Shown: positions 28,659 to 40,800 of the stretch, piece by piece
How positions within the stretch are numbered: the first letter of the stretch is position 1
Layout of the letters: each line of letters starts with the position of its first letter
Source of the DNA: an uncultured Acidobacteriota bacterium
GTDB taxonomy: Bacteria; Acidobacteriota; UBA6911
Reading direction: 5' to 3'
NCBI GenBank assembly: GCA_963827655.1
Contig: CAWHCF010000004.1
Coordinates: 1 to 64,000 of the forward strand
DNA: 64,000 bases
Notes under the pieces: model-generated
What the model was told of the DNA's origin: nothing
Seen by the model: only the letters and a program-made list of their open reading frames with translations
Databases searched by the model: none
Made by a program: the position numbers and the translations under genes

Positions 28659-30479
28659 ATGCTCACGATTGGTGGCGCGATTCGGATTCGGCGCATCGCC
28701 ATCGCGATGACGATCGTCGCGGGCGCGCTCGCAAGGCCTGCGTACGTCACGCAGCGGCAACAGGAACCGGCGGATGTCGTCATTGTCGGCGCGGGCATCG
28801 CCGGCCTCAGCGCGGCGCTCGAAGCGGCGGGAGCGGGTGCGTCGGTGCTCGTCGTTGAAATGTCCACGGTTGGAGGGGGACACGCGATCCTGTCCAACGG
28901 CGCGGTCTGCATCATCGGCACGCCGCTGCAGGAGAGCAAGAAGATCCACGACTCGCCTGGTCTCGCGGAAAAGGACTTCCTCGCGCGAGGAGAAGACAAC
29001 GACACCCGCTGGGTCTCAGCCTACGTGCGCGACTCCCGGGAATGGCTCTACGACTGGCTGACCGGGCTGGGAGTCTCGTTCGACGGTCTGGTGCGTCCGG
29101 CCGGTAATTCCGTCCCGCGACTCCACCTGGCTCGAGGCAAGGGGCTGGGCCTGGTCGAGCCGATCTATCGGGCGTGCCTGAGTCACACGAACATCCGGTT
29201 CTTGTGGGCAACCGTCGCCGAGGACCTGATTGTTCGCGAGGGGCGGATCACCGGTGTCAAGGTGCGTGATCTCCGTCGTCGAACGCGCCGGGATCTGAAT
29301 GCGCGCCACGTGATCGTGGCGACCGGAGGGTTTCAGAGCAATCTGAAGACCGTCCTGGAGAACTGGCCATCAGACTTGCCGAGGCCCACTCGACTGCTCG
29401 CGGGCGCAGCCCATTCCGCCACGGGCTCAGGTCACGACCTCGTCCGCCGCGTCAACGGCGGCGTTTCTCGCCTGGACCACCAGTGGAACTACGTGCTCGG
29501 GCTGCCGGACCCACGCGATCCGCGCCGCACGCGCGGCCTCGCGGCCTTCAACTTCAACGCAATCTGGGTGAACACGGAAGGGAAGAGATTCACGCAGGAG
29601 TTCGGCGACGAAAAGCTCGGCTTGCGCGCCTTGCTGAACCAGCCGGGCGGGACCTATTGGAGCGTGTTCGACCAGAAGGGCAAGGATGGCTTTTCCATCA
29701 CATTGGCCGGTTGGGAGAATTCAGGCGAAGTCCGGCGCCTCGTGTACGAGACGCCCGGCGTGGTCGTGGCGGCGGATTCCCTCGACAACCTGGCGGCCGC
29801 GATCAGCGTGCCGGCATCGGACCTGAGGGCGACCGTGTCACGCTACAATGATCTGGCGGCGCAGGGAGTCGATCTGGACTTCAAGGCCTTCGGCGAGAAG
29901 ACGTTCCCCAAGCCGAAGCCGATCGATACGGCGCCCTTCTACGCCGCCCAGTTCTTTCCCATCACGCGCAAGAGCATGGGCGGTGTCGACGTGGATCTCG
30001 ATTGCCGCGTGCTGGACACATCGGGCAAGACGATTCCTGGTCTCTACGCTGTGGGCGAGGTCGCCGGCTTCGGCGGGATCAACGGAAAGGCCGCGCTCGA
30101 GGGCACGTTTCTGGGCCCGGGCATCTATATGGGTCGGGTTGCCGGGCGCAGCATCGCGCAGCAGCTCGGGCCGCGCCCGCGCCCTCAATCCCGCACACCC
30201 GTGGTCAGCAGTCCCGCGACGTTCGATGATGCGAAGTGTCTGAAATGCCATGACGTCGGCAAGGACGTCGCGCGGCAGCGCGCGGGTTACTGGCACTACG
30301 AACAGTCACACACGAAGGTCTTGGCGCGTGGGTACGCGTGCTCGTCGTGCCACGGGGATCTATTCCCCTATCGTGCAGCCGCCCACCGCCACGACAGGAG
30401 CGCGGTCGTGACCTACTGCCGCGCGTGCCACGGCGTCCAGCCGCGCGAGGGGCAACCGGCCCGGCCTGGTGCTGAATGA
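28659..30479 (+). CDS. FAD-dependent oxidoreductase (fumarate reductase/KsdD-like flavoprotein) with C-terminal triheme c domain
   Basis: VIVGAGIAG, VATGGF, TRKSMGG, GLYAVGE, ALEGTFLG; C-terminal CLKCH, CSSCH, CRACH; start uncertain. Confidence 0.85.
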   Translation: MLTIGGAIRIRRIAIAMTIVAGALARPAYVTQRQQEPADVVIVGAGIAGLSAALEAAGAGASVLVVEMSTVGGGHAILSNGAVCIIGTPLQESKKIHDSPGLAEKDFLARGEDNDTRWVSAYVRDSREWLYDWLTGLGVSFDGLVRPAGNSVPRLHLARGKGLGLVEPIYRACLSHTNIRFLWATVAEDLIVREGRITGVKVRDLRRRTRRDLNARHVIVATGGFQSNLKTVLENWPSDLPRPTRLLAGAAHSATGSGHDLVRRVNGGVSRLDHQWNYVLGLPDPRDPRRTRGLAAFNFNAIWVNTEGKRFTQEFGDEKLGLRALLNQPGGTYWSVFDQKGKDGFSITLAGWENSGEVRRLVYETPGVVVAADSLDNLAAAISVPASDLRATVSRYNDLAAQGVDLDFKAFGEKTFPKPKPIDTAPFYAAQFFPITRKSMGGVDVDLDCRVLDTSGKTIPGLYAVGEVAGFGGINGKAALEGTFLGPGIYMGRVAGRSIAQQLGPRPRPQSRTPVVSSPATFDDAKCLKCHDVGKDVARQRAGYWHYEQSHTKVLARGYACSSCHGDLFPYRAAAHRHDRSAVVTYCRACHGVQPREGQPARPGAE

Positions 30480-30584
30480 TCCGCGCGTGGACGATTTTTT
30501 TCACATCAAGCAAGGCGGCCCGGAACCATGCGGTGCCCAGAACCGCTGTTGACGACACTTCTCTTTATCCCTAGACTACAAACC

Positions 30585-30842
30585 ATGAAGAAAAACCAAC
30601 GTGAGTATAGTTACACCGTCATCTTCGAGCCAGCCGAGGAAGGAGGATACGTTGTCACTTGCCCAGCCCTGCCTGGACTGGTCACCGAAGGCGACACCCT
30701 CGAGGAAGCCAGGGAGATGGCAAAAGACGCCGTCCGCGGCTACCTGGAAAGCCTCCGAAAGGACGGACTACCCATCCCGAGTGACCGGCAACCAGAAGAA
30801 CCACACAAGGAAGAAATAAGGATTGCCCTTGAGGTGGCATGA
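30585..30842 (+). CDS. hicB: HicB family antitoxin
   Basis: YTVIFEPAEEGGYVVTCPALPGLVTEGDTLEEA. Confidence 0.92.
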   Translation: MKKNQREYSYTVIFEPAEEGGYVVTCPALPGLVTEGDTLEEAREMAKDAVRGYLESLRKDGLPIPSDRQPEEPHKEEIRIALEVA

Positions 30843-31069
30843 CACCTCGCCTGCCCGCTCTCAAGGCGAAGGATGTCCTTCGCGCGCTTCAGAAAGCGGG
30901 TTTCTTTGTTCAGCACGCCACAGGCTCCCATCGCTATCTTAAGCACCCTGACAAACCCCAATTGCGTGTTACTGTCCCCTACCACAACCGCGATCTCAAG
31001 CGCGGCACGCTCCACTCAATCATCAAGCAAAGCGGAATACCCCTCGATGAGTTTCTAAGCTTGCTGTAA
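30839..31069 (+). CDS. hicA: HicA family toxin
   Basis: LQKAGF...GSHRYLKH...VTVPYH...LKRGTLHSIIKQ; ATGA overlap with hicB. Confidence 0.92.
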   Translation: MTPRLPALKAKDVLRALQKAGFFVQHATGSHRYLKHPDKPQLRVTVPYHNRDLKRGTLHSIIKQSGIPLDEFLSLL

Positions 31070-31214
31070 AAGGAAAATCCAGAGTGGAGTGGCTTTGGGG
31101 TACACAAGCTTGCGGGCCTGTCCACCAGATCGCCAAACTACCGCGAAGGAAGCAGCCCGTTGTGTCCTCGATCGAGAAGGTGCAGCGCGGGTTCCAGGAC
31201 GAGATGACGGGGCG

Positions 31215-32702
31215 TCAGGCGATCCAGTCGGGGATTACGCGGCCAGCGACGCCGGTCAGGCGGGCGTCCAGACCCTGGAAGCGATAGGTGAGCTTGAGGT
31301 GGTCCAGGCCGAAGAGCTGGAGCATCGTCGCCTGGAAGTCGTTCACATGGACCGGGTCCTTCGTGATGGACCAGCCGATCTCGTCGGTCTCGCCATAGGT
31401 CATCCCGCCACGCAGTCCGCCGCCGGCCATCAGGATGGTGAAGGCGGACGGATGATGGTCGCGGCCTGTGACCTTGGCGTAACCCTGCCGGTTCTCGCCG
31501 AGCGGCGTACGGCCGAACTCGCCGGCCCAGATCACGAGCGTCGAATCGAGCAGGCCTCGCTGCTTCAGATCCTTGATCAGCGCCGCCACCGGCTGGTCGG
31601 CCATTCCGCAGTTGTGGGTCAGCTCGGCATCGAGGTTCGAGTGGTGGTCCCACGAGGCGTGGAACAGGCTGACGAAGCGGACGCCCCGCTCCACGAGCCG
31701 GCGCGCGAGCAGGCAATTGGTGGCGAAAGCGTTGTACTGACCCGGGCCTCCGCCGCGCTGGGGGCCGCTGAGAGCAGGATCGGGCCGGCCGACGCCGTAG
31801 GCTTCGAGCGTGGCCTTGCTTTCCCCCGAGAGGTCGACCAGCTCCGGCGCCGCAGCCTGCATGCGGAAAGCCAGCTCGTAACTGGCGAGCCGGCTGGCAA
31901 TCTCCGGGTCGCGCACCTCGCGGTAGCGCACGTCGTTCATTTCGCGCAGGGCATCCAGGCCTCGCCGCTGCAGCTCCGGCGGCAGTCCCGGCGGGTTCGT
32001 CAGGTTGAGCACCGGCTCCCCCTGGCTGCGGAAGAGCACGCCCGCGTGGACCGACGGCAGGAACCCGCTCTGCCAGAGTGAAGCGCCTCCGCTTGTGCCG
32101 CGGCCCGCCGACAGGACGACGTAGCCCGGAAGGTTCTTGGACTCGCTTCCCAGCCCGTACGTGAGCCAGGAACCGGCCGTCGGCAAGCCGAAGAACGGGC
32201 GGCCGCAGTGCAGCACGAGCTGCGCCGGGTGGTGGTTGAACTGATCGGTGTGCATCGACCGGACCATCAAGAGGTCATCGGCACACGTCGCCAGGTGAGG
32301 CACGAGGTCGCTGAACTCCATGCCGCATTGACCGTGCTTCGTAAAAGTCCGCTTGCTTCCGAGCAGGACGGCCGACTCCTTCTTGATGAAGGCGAACCGG
32401 ACGTTCTTGGTCAGCGATTCCGGCAGCGGCTGCCCGTCGAGGGCGTTGAGCTTGGGCTTGGGGTCGAACAGGTCGATCTGGCTCGGCCCTCCCTCGAGGA
32501 AGATGCAGATGCAAGCGCGCGCTTTCGCGGGAAAATGCGGCGGCTTGGGCGCGAGCGGATTGACGCCCGGGACATCTTCGGCGGCGACGAGTTGACCGAG
32601 CGCCGCCATCCCCAGACCGGACACGCCCGCGCCGAGGAAGTAGCGCCGGGTCATCTCACGGACGCGCTCGAATGCGCCCTCCTGTTCCTGCTTTTCCATC
32701 AT
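31215..32702 (-). CDS. DUF1501 domain protein (Tat signal)
   Basis: TRRYFL, GGPSQIDLFDPKP, WDHH, GEFGRTP, GRDHHP. Confidence 0.93.
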   Translation of the reverse strand: MMEKQEQEGAFERVREMTRRYFLGAGVSGLGMAALGQLVAAEDVPGVNPLAPKPPHFPAKARACICIFLEGGPSQIDLFDPKPKLNALDGQPLPESLTKNVRFAFIKKESAVLLGSKRTFTKHGQCGMEFSDLVPHLATCADDLLMVRSMHTDQFNHHPAQLVLHCGRPFFGLPTAGSWLTYGLGSESKNLPGYVVLSAGRGTSGGASLWQSGFLPSVHAGVLFRSQGEPVLNLTNPPGLPPELQRRGLDALREMNDVRYREVRDPEIASRLASYELAFRMQAAAPELVDLSGESKATLEAYGVGRPDPALSGPQRGGGPGQYNAFATNCLLARRLVERGVRFVSLFHASWDHHSNLDAELTHNCGMADQPVAALIKDLKQRGLLDSTLVIWAGEFGRTPLGENRQGYAKVTGRDHHPSAFTILMAGGGLRGGMTYGETDEIGWSITKDPVHVNDFQATMLQLFGLDHLKLTYRFQGLDARLTGVAGRVIPDWIA

Positions 32703-35700
32703 TCCCTCGTTATGAACTCGTCGAGATTCAGGACGACGCGCAACGCCGCAACCCAGGCGGCGGCCTCGTCCGGCGTGGTGTTGCCCGGCATGTGCCGGCC
32801 AACCAGCCGGGCCGCCTCATCCCGATGCATGGCGTAGTACTCACGCGCCGTCGCGAGTACACCCCGCAAAGAATTCAACTCCTGTTCCGTCGGCATGCGC
32901 GCGACGCAGATCCTCATCGCCTGGGCGAGACGACTGGTTTCGTCCCCTCCTCCCGCGAGTACCCGGCAGGCCAGGGCCTGGGCCGCCTCCATGTGGGATT
33001 CGTTGTTCAGCAGCATCAGGGCTTGAAGCGGCGTATTCGAGACGGTACGGGCGACGCAGGCGACGTTGGCGTCCGGCGAATCGAAGGTCATCAGGTTCGG
33101 ATGGGGAATCGTCCGTTTGAAGAACGTATACATGCCGCGCCGGTAGCGGTCCTCCCCCTCGCTGTTCTTCCAGGTGAAATTGTTCGCGTAGCTCAGCTTG
33201 GCGAGGTCCTCGGGCATCGGAGGAAAGACGCTGGGACCGCCGATCTTGGGCGACAGAAGACCGCTCACCGCGAGGTGGAGGTCGCGGACGATTTCGCTCT
33301 CGACCCGGAAGCGGCTCTGGCGCGCCAGCAGCCTGTTCTCCGGGTCGAGGTCGGCGAGCTCGGGCCGGTAGCGCGATGCCTGCCGGTATGTCGCCGAAGT
33401 TACGATGGACCGGATGAGAGCCTTGCGGCTCCACCGAAGCTCGCTCGCGGAACTGCGCCGCAAGCCAGTCGAGCAGCTCCGGGTGGCTCGGCCGCTCACC
33501 GCGCACGCCGAAGTCGTCGAGAGTCCGGACCAGGCCGTTGCCGAAGAGGAGCTTCCAGACGTGGTTCACCGCGACGCGGGCGGTGAGCGGATTCTCGGGC
33601 GCGACGAGCCAGTTGGCGAGCTCGAGCCGGTCTGCCGGGGACGAGCGCGTTCCAAAGACTGTAGGGAATCCCGCCTGGACCTCCTGCCGCGGCGAGAGGA
33701 AATCGCCCCGGTCCAGCACGTGCGTCTTTCGCGGCAGCAGAGGGGCTGCGATAGTCCGGACGTCCATCGTGCGGGCGTCATGCTCCTTGAGCAGCGCTGC
33801 CATCTCCTGCCGCAGCGAGCGGACCCGCTCGTCGCGGACGACTTCGGTTACGTAGTAGTCGAACAGAGTGCGGCGAGTCCGCGCGACCCGCTTTTCCGGA
33901 TACATCTCCAGGCCGTCGGCGACGTCCTTGCGCGGAATGTGGAGACCGCGCACATTCCCGGTCAAGGCGGCCACTCGAAACCGGCCAATGGTGCGCCCTT
34001 CGCCGAACTGCTGGTCGAGCACTATGCGCAGGCGCGCGTTGGCGACCCGCAGGGGCGCCCGGGTGCGGAACTGGATCCAATGCGGTTCCCCCGGCTTGCC
34101 CGCCGCTCTCCAGCCCGAAGCGGAGTCCTTCTCCGGAGAGGGCAGCTTCGGCTTCGAATCCGCGCTCGGCGGAGTCGGCCTGCGCCCGCTGGAGCTCAAT
34201 GGCCTCGTCGGTCCCGTCTTCGCGGACGATGGACGCCCGGAACCCGGTCAGGACGAAGGTCCCATCGGGGCCTCGTCCGGGTCCCTTGGCCGGAAGCGAT
34301 TCGTCGGGCAGCACCCATAGCTTGAAACCGGTGATCTCCGGCGAAGCGGCGCGGGCTGTGACCGTGTATCGATCGCGCTCCGGGCCCGAGCGCACCAGGA
34401 AATCCGAGCCGGTCTTCTCGGCCGTCTCACTCCCAGCTGTGGACGTGAGCTCGAGCACTTCCAGCGGCTCCTCGGCGAGAGGCGTGCTCGGGATGGCCAT
34501 GATGCGCCGGTGTTCTTCCGTTTCCCAGGCGCGGGCGCCGGGCGCGAGCTCGGCATTGCGGGCGGCCAGCGCCTTCAGGAGGGGTGTGAGTTTCCGCTCC
34601 AGCTCCGGCATCTCGGATCCGATCGGCAGCTCCCCTGAAACCTCGTCCGCTTCATTGAAGAATGCGAACAGCCGGTAGTAATCGGCCTGCGGAATCGGAT
34701 CGTATTTGTGATCGTGGCAGCGGGCGCAGCCGACCGTGAGCCCGAGCCAGACTGTGCCGAGCGTGGCCGTGCGGTCGAACACCGCGGCAACCCGGAATTC
34801 CTCCTGGTCGACGCCCCCTTCCTCGTTGGTCAGGGTCTGCCGGTTGAACGCCGTCGCGATCCTGGTCCGGCTGGTTGCGTCCGGAAGCAGGTCGCCGGCA
34901 AGCTGCTCGATCGTGAAACGATCGAATGGGAGGTCGCGGTTGACGGCATCGATTACCCAGTCCCGATAAACGTAGGCGTCGGGACGCGCGCGGTCGGCCT
35001 CGTAGCCGTTCGAATCGGCGTAGCGCGCCAGGTCGAGCCAGTGGCGCCCCCAGCGTTCGCCGAAGTGAGGCGAGGCGAGCAGCCGGTCGACCAGGCGCTC
35101 GTAGGCATCGGGCCTGGTATCGCTGACGAACGCGTCGACGTCGGCAACCGGCGGCGGAAGCCCGAGCAGATCGTAGTGCAGCCGCCTCATGAGCGTGTAG
35201 CGGTCCGCCTCGGGCGACGGGGCGATTCCCTTTTCCTCGAGTTTGGCCAGGATGAAGCGGTCGATGTCGCTGCGGGCCCAGCTCGCCGCGCGCGGAGCAG
35301 GCGGATCGAATTTCCGGATAGGCTCGAAGGCCCAGTGCCGCGTCCAGACCACGCCCTCGGCGATCCACCGGCGCAGCGTCTCGATCGCCGCCGGGTTGAG
35401 CTCGTCCTTTCCCATCGGCATCCGCACCGCCGGATCCGCAGCGCGGACGCGGCGAAGCAGCTCGCTCGCGTTCGGATCTCCCGGAACGATCGCAGGCTGG
35501 CCACGTTTCGTCGGCGCCAGCGCCGCGTCACGGTCGGTGAACTTCAAGCCTCCGGCTGCGAGCCCCGCTCCGTGACAGCCGAGGCAGTTCTCGGCCAGAA
35601 TCGGCCGGACGTCCCGTCCGAAGTCGATAGCATCGCCGGATGTAGCCGGCTGCTGATTTCCTGAAATCAGTGGCGCGGCGATCCACAGGAGTACGGCCAG

Positions 35701-35826
35701 CGCTACAGCTATGGGACCCGATCGGCTCACGGCTCTGCTCGCGAAAGAGATTCGTAGGAGCGTCGCACGGAGGCGACGCAGGAACGTCACAGAATACCAT
35801 CGCGGCTTCGGCGAAGCAAACTTCAC
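32699..35826 (-). CDS. Planctomycete cytochrome C + DUF1549/DUF1553 (PSD1) protein, split by two frameshifts
   Basis: [62 protein letters not shown] spread over ORFs 33778-35826, 32841-34199 and 32699-33499. Confidence 0.88.
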
Positions 35827-35956
35827 GTTTCTTGACGTCGTTCGTGGTTAGTCGGCAACAAAAACCACTAAGAACGAAGCTCGAAGAAACGCCAGGAATC
35901 ATGATATCGTCGAATGCGCTGCCGTGAAATCAACGCAAATATAAGGAGAGAGCACG

Positions 35957-36811
35957 ATGCGATTGTGGGTTTTGCTTGTAGGCGTGATGTCGGCCTCACT
36001 GGTATCCGGGTGCGGCTCGTCTGTCAACATGGAACAAGAGCGCAATAGTTTGCTGGCGGTCGATCGCGAATGGGCACAGACCACGAAGGATCCGGACAAG
36101 TTCATGTCCTATCTCGCTGCGGACGCAGCAATGTACGCCCCAGGGACGCCCGTTACGACGGGCGCGGCGGCAATCCGCAAGGCCTTTACCGAGATGAGCT
36201 CGGCGCCCGGGTTTTCGCTTTCCTGGAGTGCCACCAAGGCCGACGTCAGTTCCACTGGAGATCTTGGTTACACGGTCGGCACGTACCAATCGACTATGGG
36301 CGGCGCCACCGAAAAGGGGAAGTACGTCACGATCTGGAAAAAGCAGTCAGGCGGTAATTGGAAGGTTTCCGAAGACATTTTCAATGCGGACGCACCCTCC
36401 CAGGCTCCGGCCGTGGAGCACGTGATGATGGCCGCCGGCGCCCTCAAGTGGGGTGACGGCCCGCCGAGTCTGCCTCCGGGTGCTAAGGTGGCCGTCGTAT
36501 CGGGAGACCCCACAAAAGCACAGCCTTTCGCGATTCGCGCTCAGATGCCCGCCGGCTATCGGATCCAACCGCACTGGCATCCGACCACTGAAAACGTCAC
36601 GGTTCTATCCGGGACCGTGGCGCTGGGCATGGGAGAGAAGTTCGACCAGTCTGCCATGAAGGATCTCCCAGCCGGCGGGTACGCCGCGATGCCGGCGGAG
36701 ATGCGGCACTTCTTCATGGCAAAGACTGCAGCAACGATACAGGTCCACGGTATCGGGCCGTTCGCCATCAACTACGTGAACCCTGCCGACGATCCAAGGC
36801 AAGGAAAGTAA
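35957..36811 (+). CDS. Lipoprotein with DUF4440/SnoaL-like domain fused to a cupin domain
   Basis: Lipobox LVSGC; GDLGYTVG...GKYVTIWKKQ..GNWK; PHWHPTTENVTVLSG...MRHF cupin. Confidence 0.8.
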   Translation: MRLWVLLVGVMSASLVSGCGSSVNMEQERNSLLAVDREWAQTTKDPDKFMSYLAADAAMYAPGTPVTTGAAAIRKAFTEMSSAPGFSLSWSATKADVSSTGDLGYTVGTYQSTMGGATEKGKYVTIWKKQSGGNWKVSEDIFNADAPSQAPAVEHVMMAAGALKWGDGPPSLPPGAKVAVVSGDPTKAQPFAIRAQMPAGYRIQPHWHPTTENVTVLSGTVALGMGEKFDQSAMKDLPAGGYAAMPAEMRHFFMAKTAATIQVHGIGPFAINYVNPADDPRQGK

Positions 36812-36844
36812 CCCCATCGGTTTCCACAAGTCGACGGCCGGATA

Positions 36845-37306
36845 ATGACCCTTCTCTTTGCTTTTCTCATTGGATTCTTTGCCGGGCTGCGTTCGCTCAC
36901 GGCGCCCGCGGCGACGGCGTGGGCCGTGCGCCTGGGCTGGCTGAAGCTCGAGGGCCTGCTCGCTCTCATGGGCTCTCTCCCTGCGGTTGTGATGTTCACA
37001 CTGCTCGCAATCGTGGAGCTCGTGGCTGACAAGCTGCCAAAAACACCAAACCGGACGTCGCCCGTGGGCCTGATCACGCGCATAGTAAATGGCGCCATAA
37101 CGGGCGCGTGCGTTGCCGCTGGCGGAGGGCAGGGAATCCCTCCCGGCGCTTTGCTGGGCGCCGCCGGCGGTATTGTGGGGTGTTTCGGAGGCTATCAGGC
37201 GCGCACGCGGCTCGTGAAGGCGCTGGGCGTGCCCGACATCTACGTTGCCCTGCTCGAGGATCTGGTGGCGGTCGCCGGCTGCCTGTGGGTCGTTTCGAGA
37301 TTCTAA
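36845..37306 (+). CDS. DUF4126-like membrane protein
   Basis: AGLRSLTAPA, ELVADKLPKTPNR, ALLEDLVA. Confidence 0.8.
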   Translation: MTLLFAFLIGFFAGLRSLTAPAATAWAVRLGWLKLEGLLALMGSLPAVVMFTLLAIVELVADKLPKTPNRTSPVGLITRIVNGAITGACVAAGGGQGIPPGALLGAAGGIVGCFGGYQARTRLVKALGVPDIYVALLEDLVAVAGCLWVVSRF

Positions 37307-37316
37307 AGGGGCTCTA

Positions 37317-37408
37317 TTCTTGGTGTTTCTTCGTGTCTTTGAGTCTTAGTGGTATTTGTTAGACAGCTCTAACCACAAAGACACGAAGAAACGAAGAAAC
37401 ACTAAGAG
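37317..37408. repeat. Inverted pair of the ~44-bp intergenic repeat
   Basis: TCTTGGTGTTTCTTCGTGTCTTTGAGTCTTAGTGGT...ACCACAAAGACACGAAGAAACGAAGAAACACTAAGAG. Confidence 0.7.
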
Positions 37409-37848
37409 CACTTCTCTTGTGGCCGACCGCTGGTTTTGTTGCTCGCGGCTCATGTACCGGATATGCAGCGCTCGCGTCGCGGACCTTGGGGGGGCCGTCA
37501 GCGGAATGTGATCTTGTTTTCAGCCCGAACCTTGAGGTAGAAAGTTCTCGCTATCAGGAAAACCGAGGGTTCGAAGGCATCGTCACTCAAGCTTCGGTTT
37601 GGGCAGCGGATCGCCGACAGGTCTCCCATGTTCGTTTGCTTTTCTGACCGGCGTCTCACCACGTGGAATTTCACCACTCCAGCCCCAGGTTTACTGCAGC
37701 GGCACTTCGGGGAGACGGCCGGTTCAACCGATGGCCCGCAAGGCCTACCATTCGACACTCACCATCAAACCAGTTCAGCCGCTGGCCAACTCACGCCGAA
37801 TCGCGTCGCGGTCTGGTCGTGCGCACGGTCCAGGTTTCGGAGGAGGCA

Positions 37849-40800
37849 ATGAAGAGAAGCGTTTCCAACCTCGCGATCATCGTCGAGTTAGTGCTGGCGA
37901 TCTGTGTCATCGGATGGTCTGCACGCGCACAAACCACGCGCGGCACGATCACCGGTACGGTCACCGATGAGACGGGCGGCGTGCTTGCCGGGGCCCAGAT
38001 TACCGTACTAGAAATGGACAAGGGATTTACCTATGTGACCGTGACGAACGCCGAAGGCAATTACGTCGTGCCCAGCTTGTTTCCGGGACGATATCGGGTG
38101 GAGGCCGAAAACGCCGGCTTTCAAAAAACGGTCATAGAGCCCTTGCAACTGCACGTGGATCAGCGGCTGGCCGTGAACCTGACGCTGAAACTGGGCGAAG
38201 TCAGCCAGCAGATCGAAGTGACCTCGGAAGGCGAGCTGGTCCAGACCGGCAGTTCTTCGATCGGCCAGGTGGTAGGCACCAAGATGGTCGTGGATCTGCC
38301 CCTGAACGGCCGTAACTTTCTGCAGCTTGGATTGCTCTCCCCCGGCACCACCACCACTCCTCAGGGGAGCGACGCCGGCGGCCGAGGCAGTATTTCCATT
38401 TCGGGCAGCCGCACGGCGTCCAACCAGTTTTCGATCGACGGCATGTTCAACGGCGCTACCGCGTTCAATGATTTGAACGTCCAGCTTTCGGTGGATGCGA
38501 TTCAGGAATTCAAGATCCAGCGCAACACCTTCAGCGCCGAGTTTGGCCACGGGACAGGACAGGTCAACGTAGCTACCAAATCGGGATCGAACAGCGTTCA
38601 CGGGAGCGTCTATGAATTTCTGCGCAACGACGTGCTGGATGCGCGGCAATTCTTTGACGCCTCGATTCCACCTTTCCGGCAGAATCAGTTCGGCGTTTCG
38701 GTCGGAGGACCGGTTCAAAAGGACAAGACTTTCTTTTTCGCGAACTATGAGGGCTTCCGCTGGCGGCGACAGATTACGTTGATTGGCACCCTCCCTTCGG
38801 CCCAGCAGCTGTCGGGGAATTTCGCGGGAATGGCTCCGGTTCGGGATCCCTTGACGGGCGCGCCCTTCCCTGACAACCAGATTCCGCAGAACCGATTCTC
38901 TGCCTTGAGCCAGAGAATCCTGGCGTTTCTACCCAGGCCTGCCGTGGGTGGTGCGAACAACTACAGGACCAGTCCGGGATTCAGTCAAGACTGGGATCAA
39001 ATGACGTTTCGCATAGACCACCGCTTGTCGGTAAAGGATATTCTGTTCGGGCGATACACGTTTTATAAGAACCTCGATAGTTACTCACCCGGCCTTATTC
39101 CCTCAACCGGCATTACGAATGAGAACGCTCCCCACAATGCAATCATTCAATGGACCCGCAGTTTCTCTCCTTCTCTGCTCAATGACCTCCGGCTCGGATT
39201 TAACCGGGAGTTCTTTACGACGAACCAGGATGGAGCGAATGGAACCGATATTTTGCAGTTCCAGAACATTGTCGCGGATCCGGTCAACCACGGCTTACCC
39301 TTTATCGCCTTGCCCGGATACACGGGCTTTGGAACGTCACCCACCCTGCCTCAAATCCGAGGGTCGAACGTTTACCAATACAGCGACAACCTGACTTGGA
39401 TTCGCGGCCGTCACACCATGAAGTTCGGCGGAGGTTTTCGCAACGTCCAGCAACCTCATGTCCCGATCGTCTTTGGACGAGGCCAGTTCGTCTTTCAGGG
39501 GTTTGTTACGGGCAATCCGGTGGCGGACTTTCTGCTCGGGAACCCGTTCATAGCAATCGGAGCAGGGAAGCGTCCCATATCCTACATGTCTTTCCACTAT
39601 TACGACGGGTTTGTGCAGGATGACTGGAAAGTGGCGCCGCGCCTGACGCTGAATTCGGGGTTAGATACGAGCGGGTTGGGGTGGTTACTGACCGGTACCG
39701 GGGACGGCTGGGGGTGTTCGACGAGGCCACGGGCCAGGTGGTCACCGGAAGCGATGTCGACCAAAGGGGCCTGGTCAACCCCGACAACCTCGGCTTTCAA
39801 CCACGGTTTGGCTTTTCCTGGCAACCGTTCAGTGAACCGCACACGGTCATCCGGGGAGGCTACGGGATCTATAACGATGTGAAAGTAATCAATGAGCGAA
39901 ACTTCAGTCTGGGAACGGAGCTGGGATGGCAGCAGATCGTGGACGCCGGCACCTCTCTGTCGGTCTCCCCCCTTCCGTGAACTGGGACAGGTTGTTTCCG
40001 CCCGCGCCCGCCGGGTCCGGCCTGGGAATTCTTTCGGACGATCCCTTCTCACGCGATCCTTACGTCCAGATGTGGAGTCTGGGGTTACAGCGCGAGTTCC
40101 CTTTCGATGCCGTGCTGGAGGTGGGTTACGTTGGACAGGTCGGCCACAAACTAACCACGCGGCTCGATATCAACCAGGCGCGCCTGCCGGCGTTCCCGAA
40201 CGAGCCGCTGGCATCGAGACGCCCGTACCCGAATCAGGCGAGCGTTCTCATGTCGAAAGACCTCGCCAACTCGAACTACAACGCGTTGCAAATGAGGTTC
40301 GAGAAGCGCTATTCCCATAACCTGAGTTTCCTCTCCGCCTATACCTTCTCGAAATCTCTGGACAATGCATCGAACACCTGCGACATCAGCAGCTGCAACT
40401 CGGCGCAAGACAATCGCAACTTGCGCGCGGAGTATGGCCCGTCTTCCTTCGACCAGCGGCACCGATTCGTATTGAGTCCGATATACCTTCTGCCCTTCGG
40501 CAGCGGTCAAAAGTACCTCAACAGTCTGCCGCGAGGCCTCAATGCGCTGGCGAAAGGGTGGCAGTTCACGACCATCGTGACTTTCGCCAGCGGGACACCG
40601 TTCCCGGTGCAGGTAACCGGCGTCGATCGCACGCAGACCGGGACCTTTGGCGGTGGAAAACAATATGCCAATTGCATCGGGCAAGGCATGTTGCCGAGCA
40701 GTGAGCGAACCGTGGAGCGGGACTTCAACACCAGCGCCTTCGAGGTCGCGCCGATGGGAACGTACGGAAATTGCGGCCGGGATATCCTGGTTTCCCGGGG

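Noticed and set aside
37410-37848. Riboswitch (e.g. cobalamin) in the long leader of the TBDR
   Set aside because: No recognisable conserved boxes by eye; an Infernal/Rfam scan would be needed
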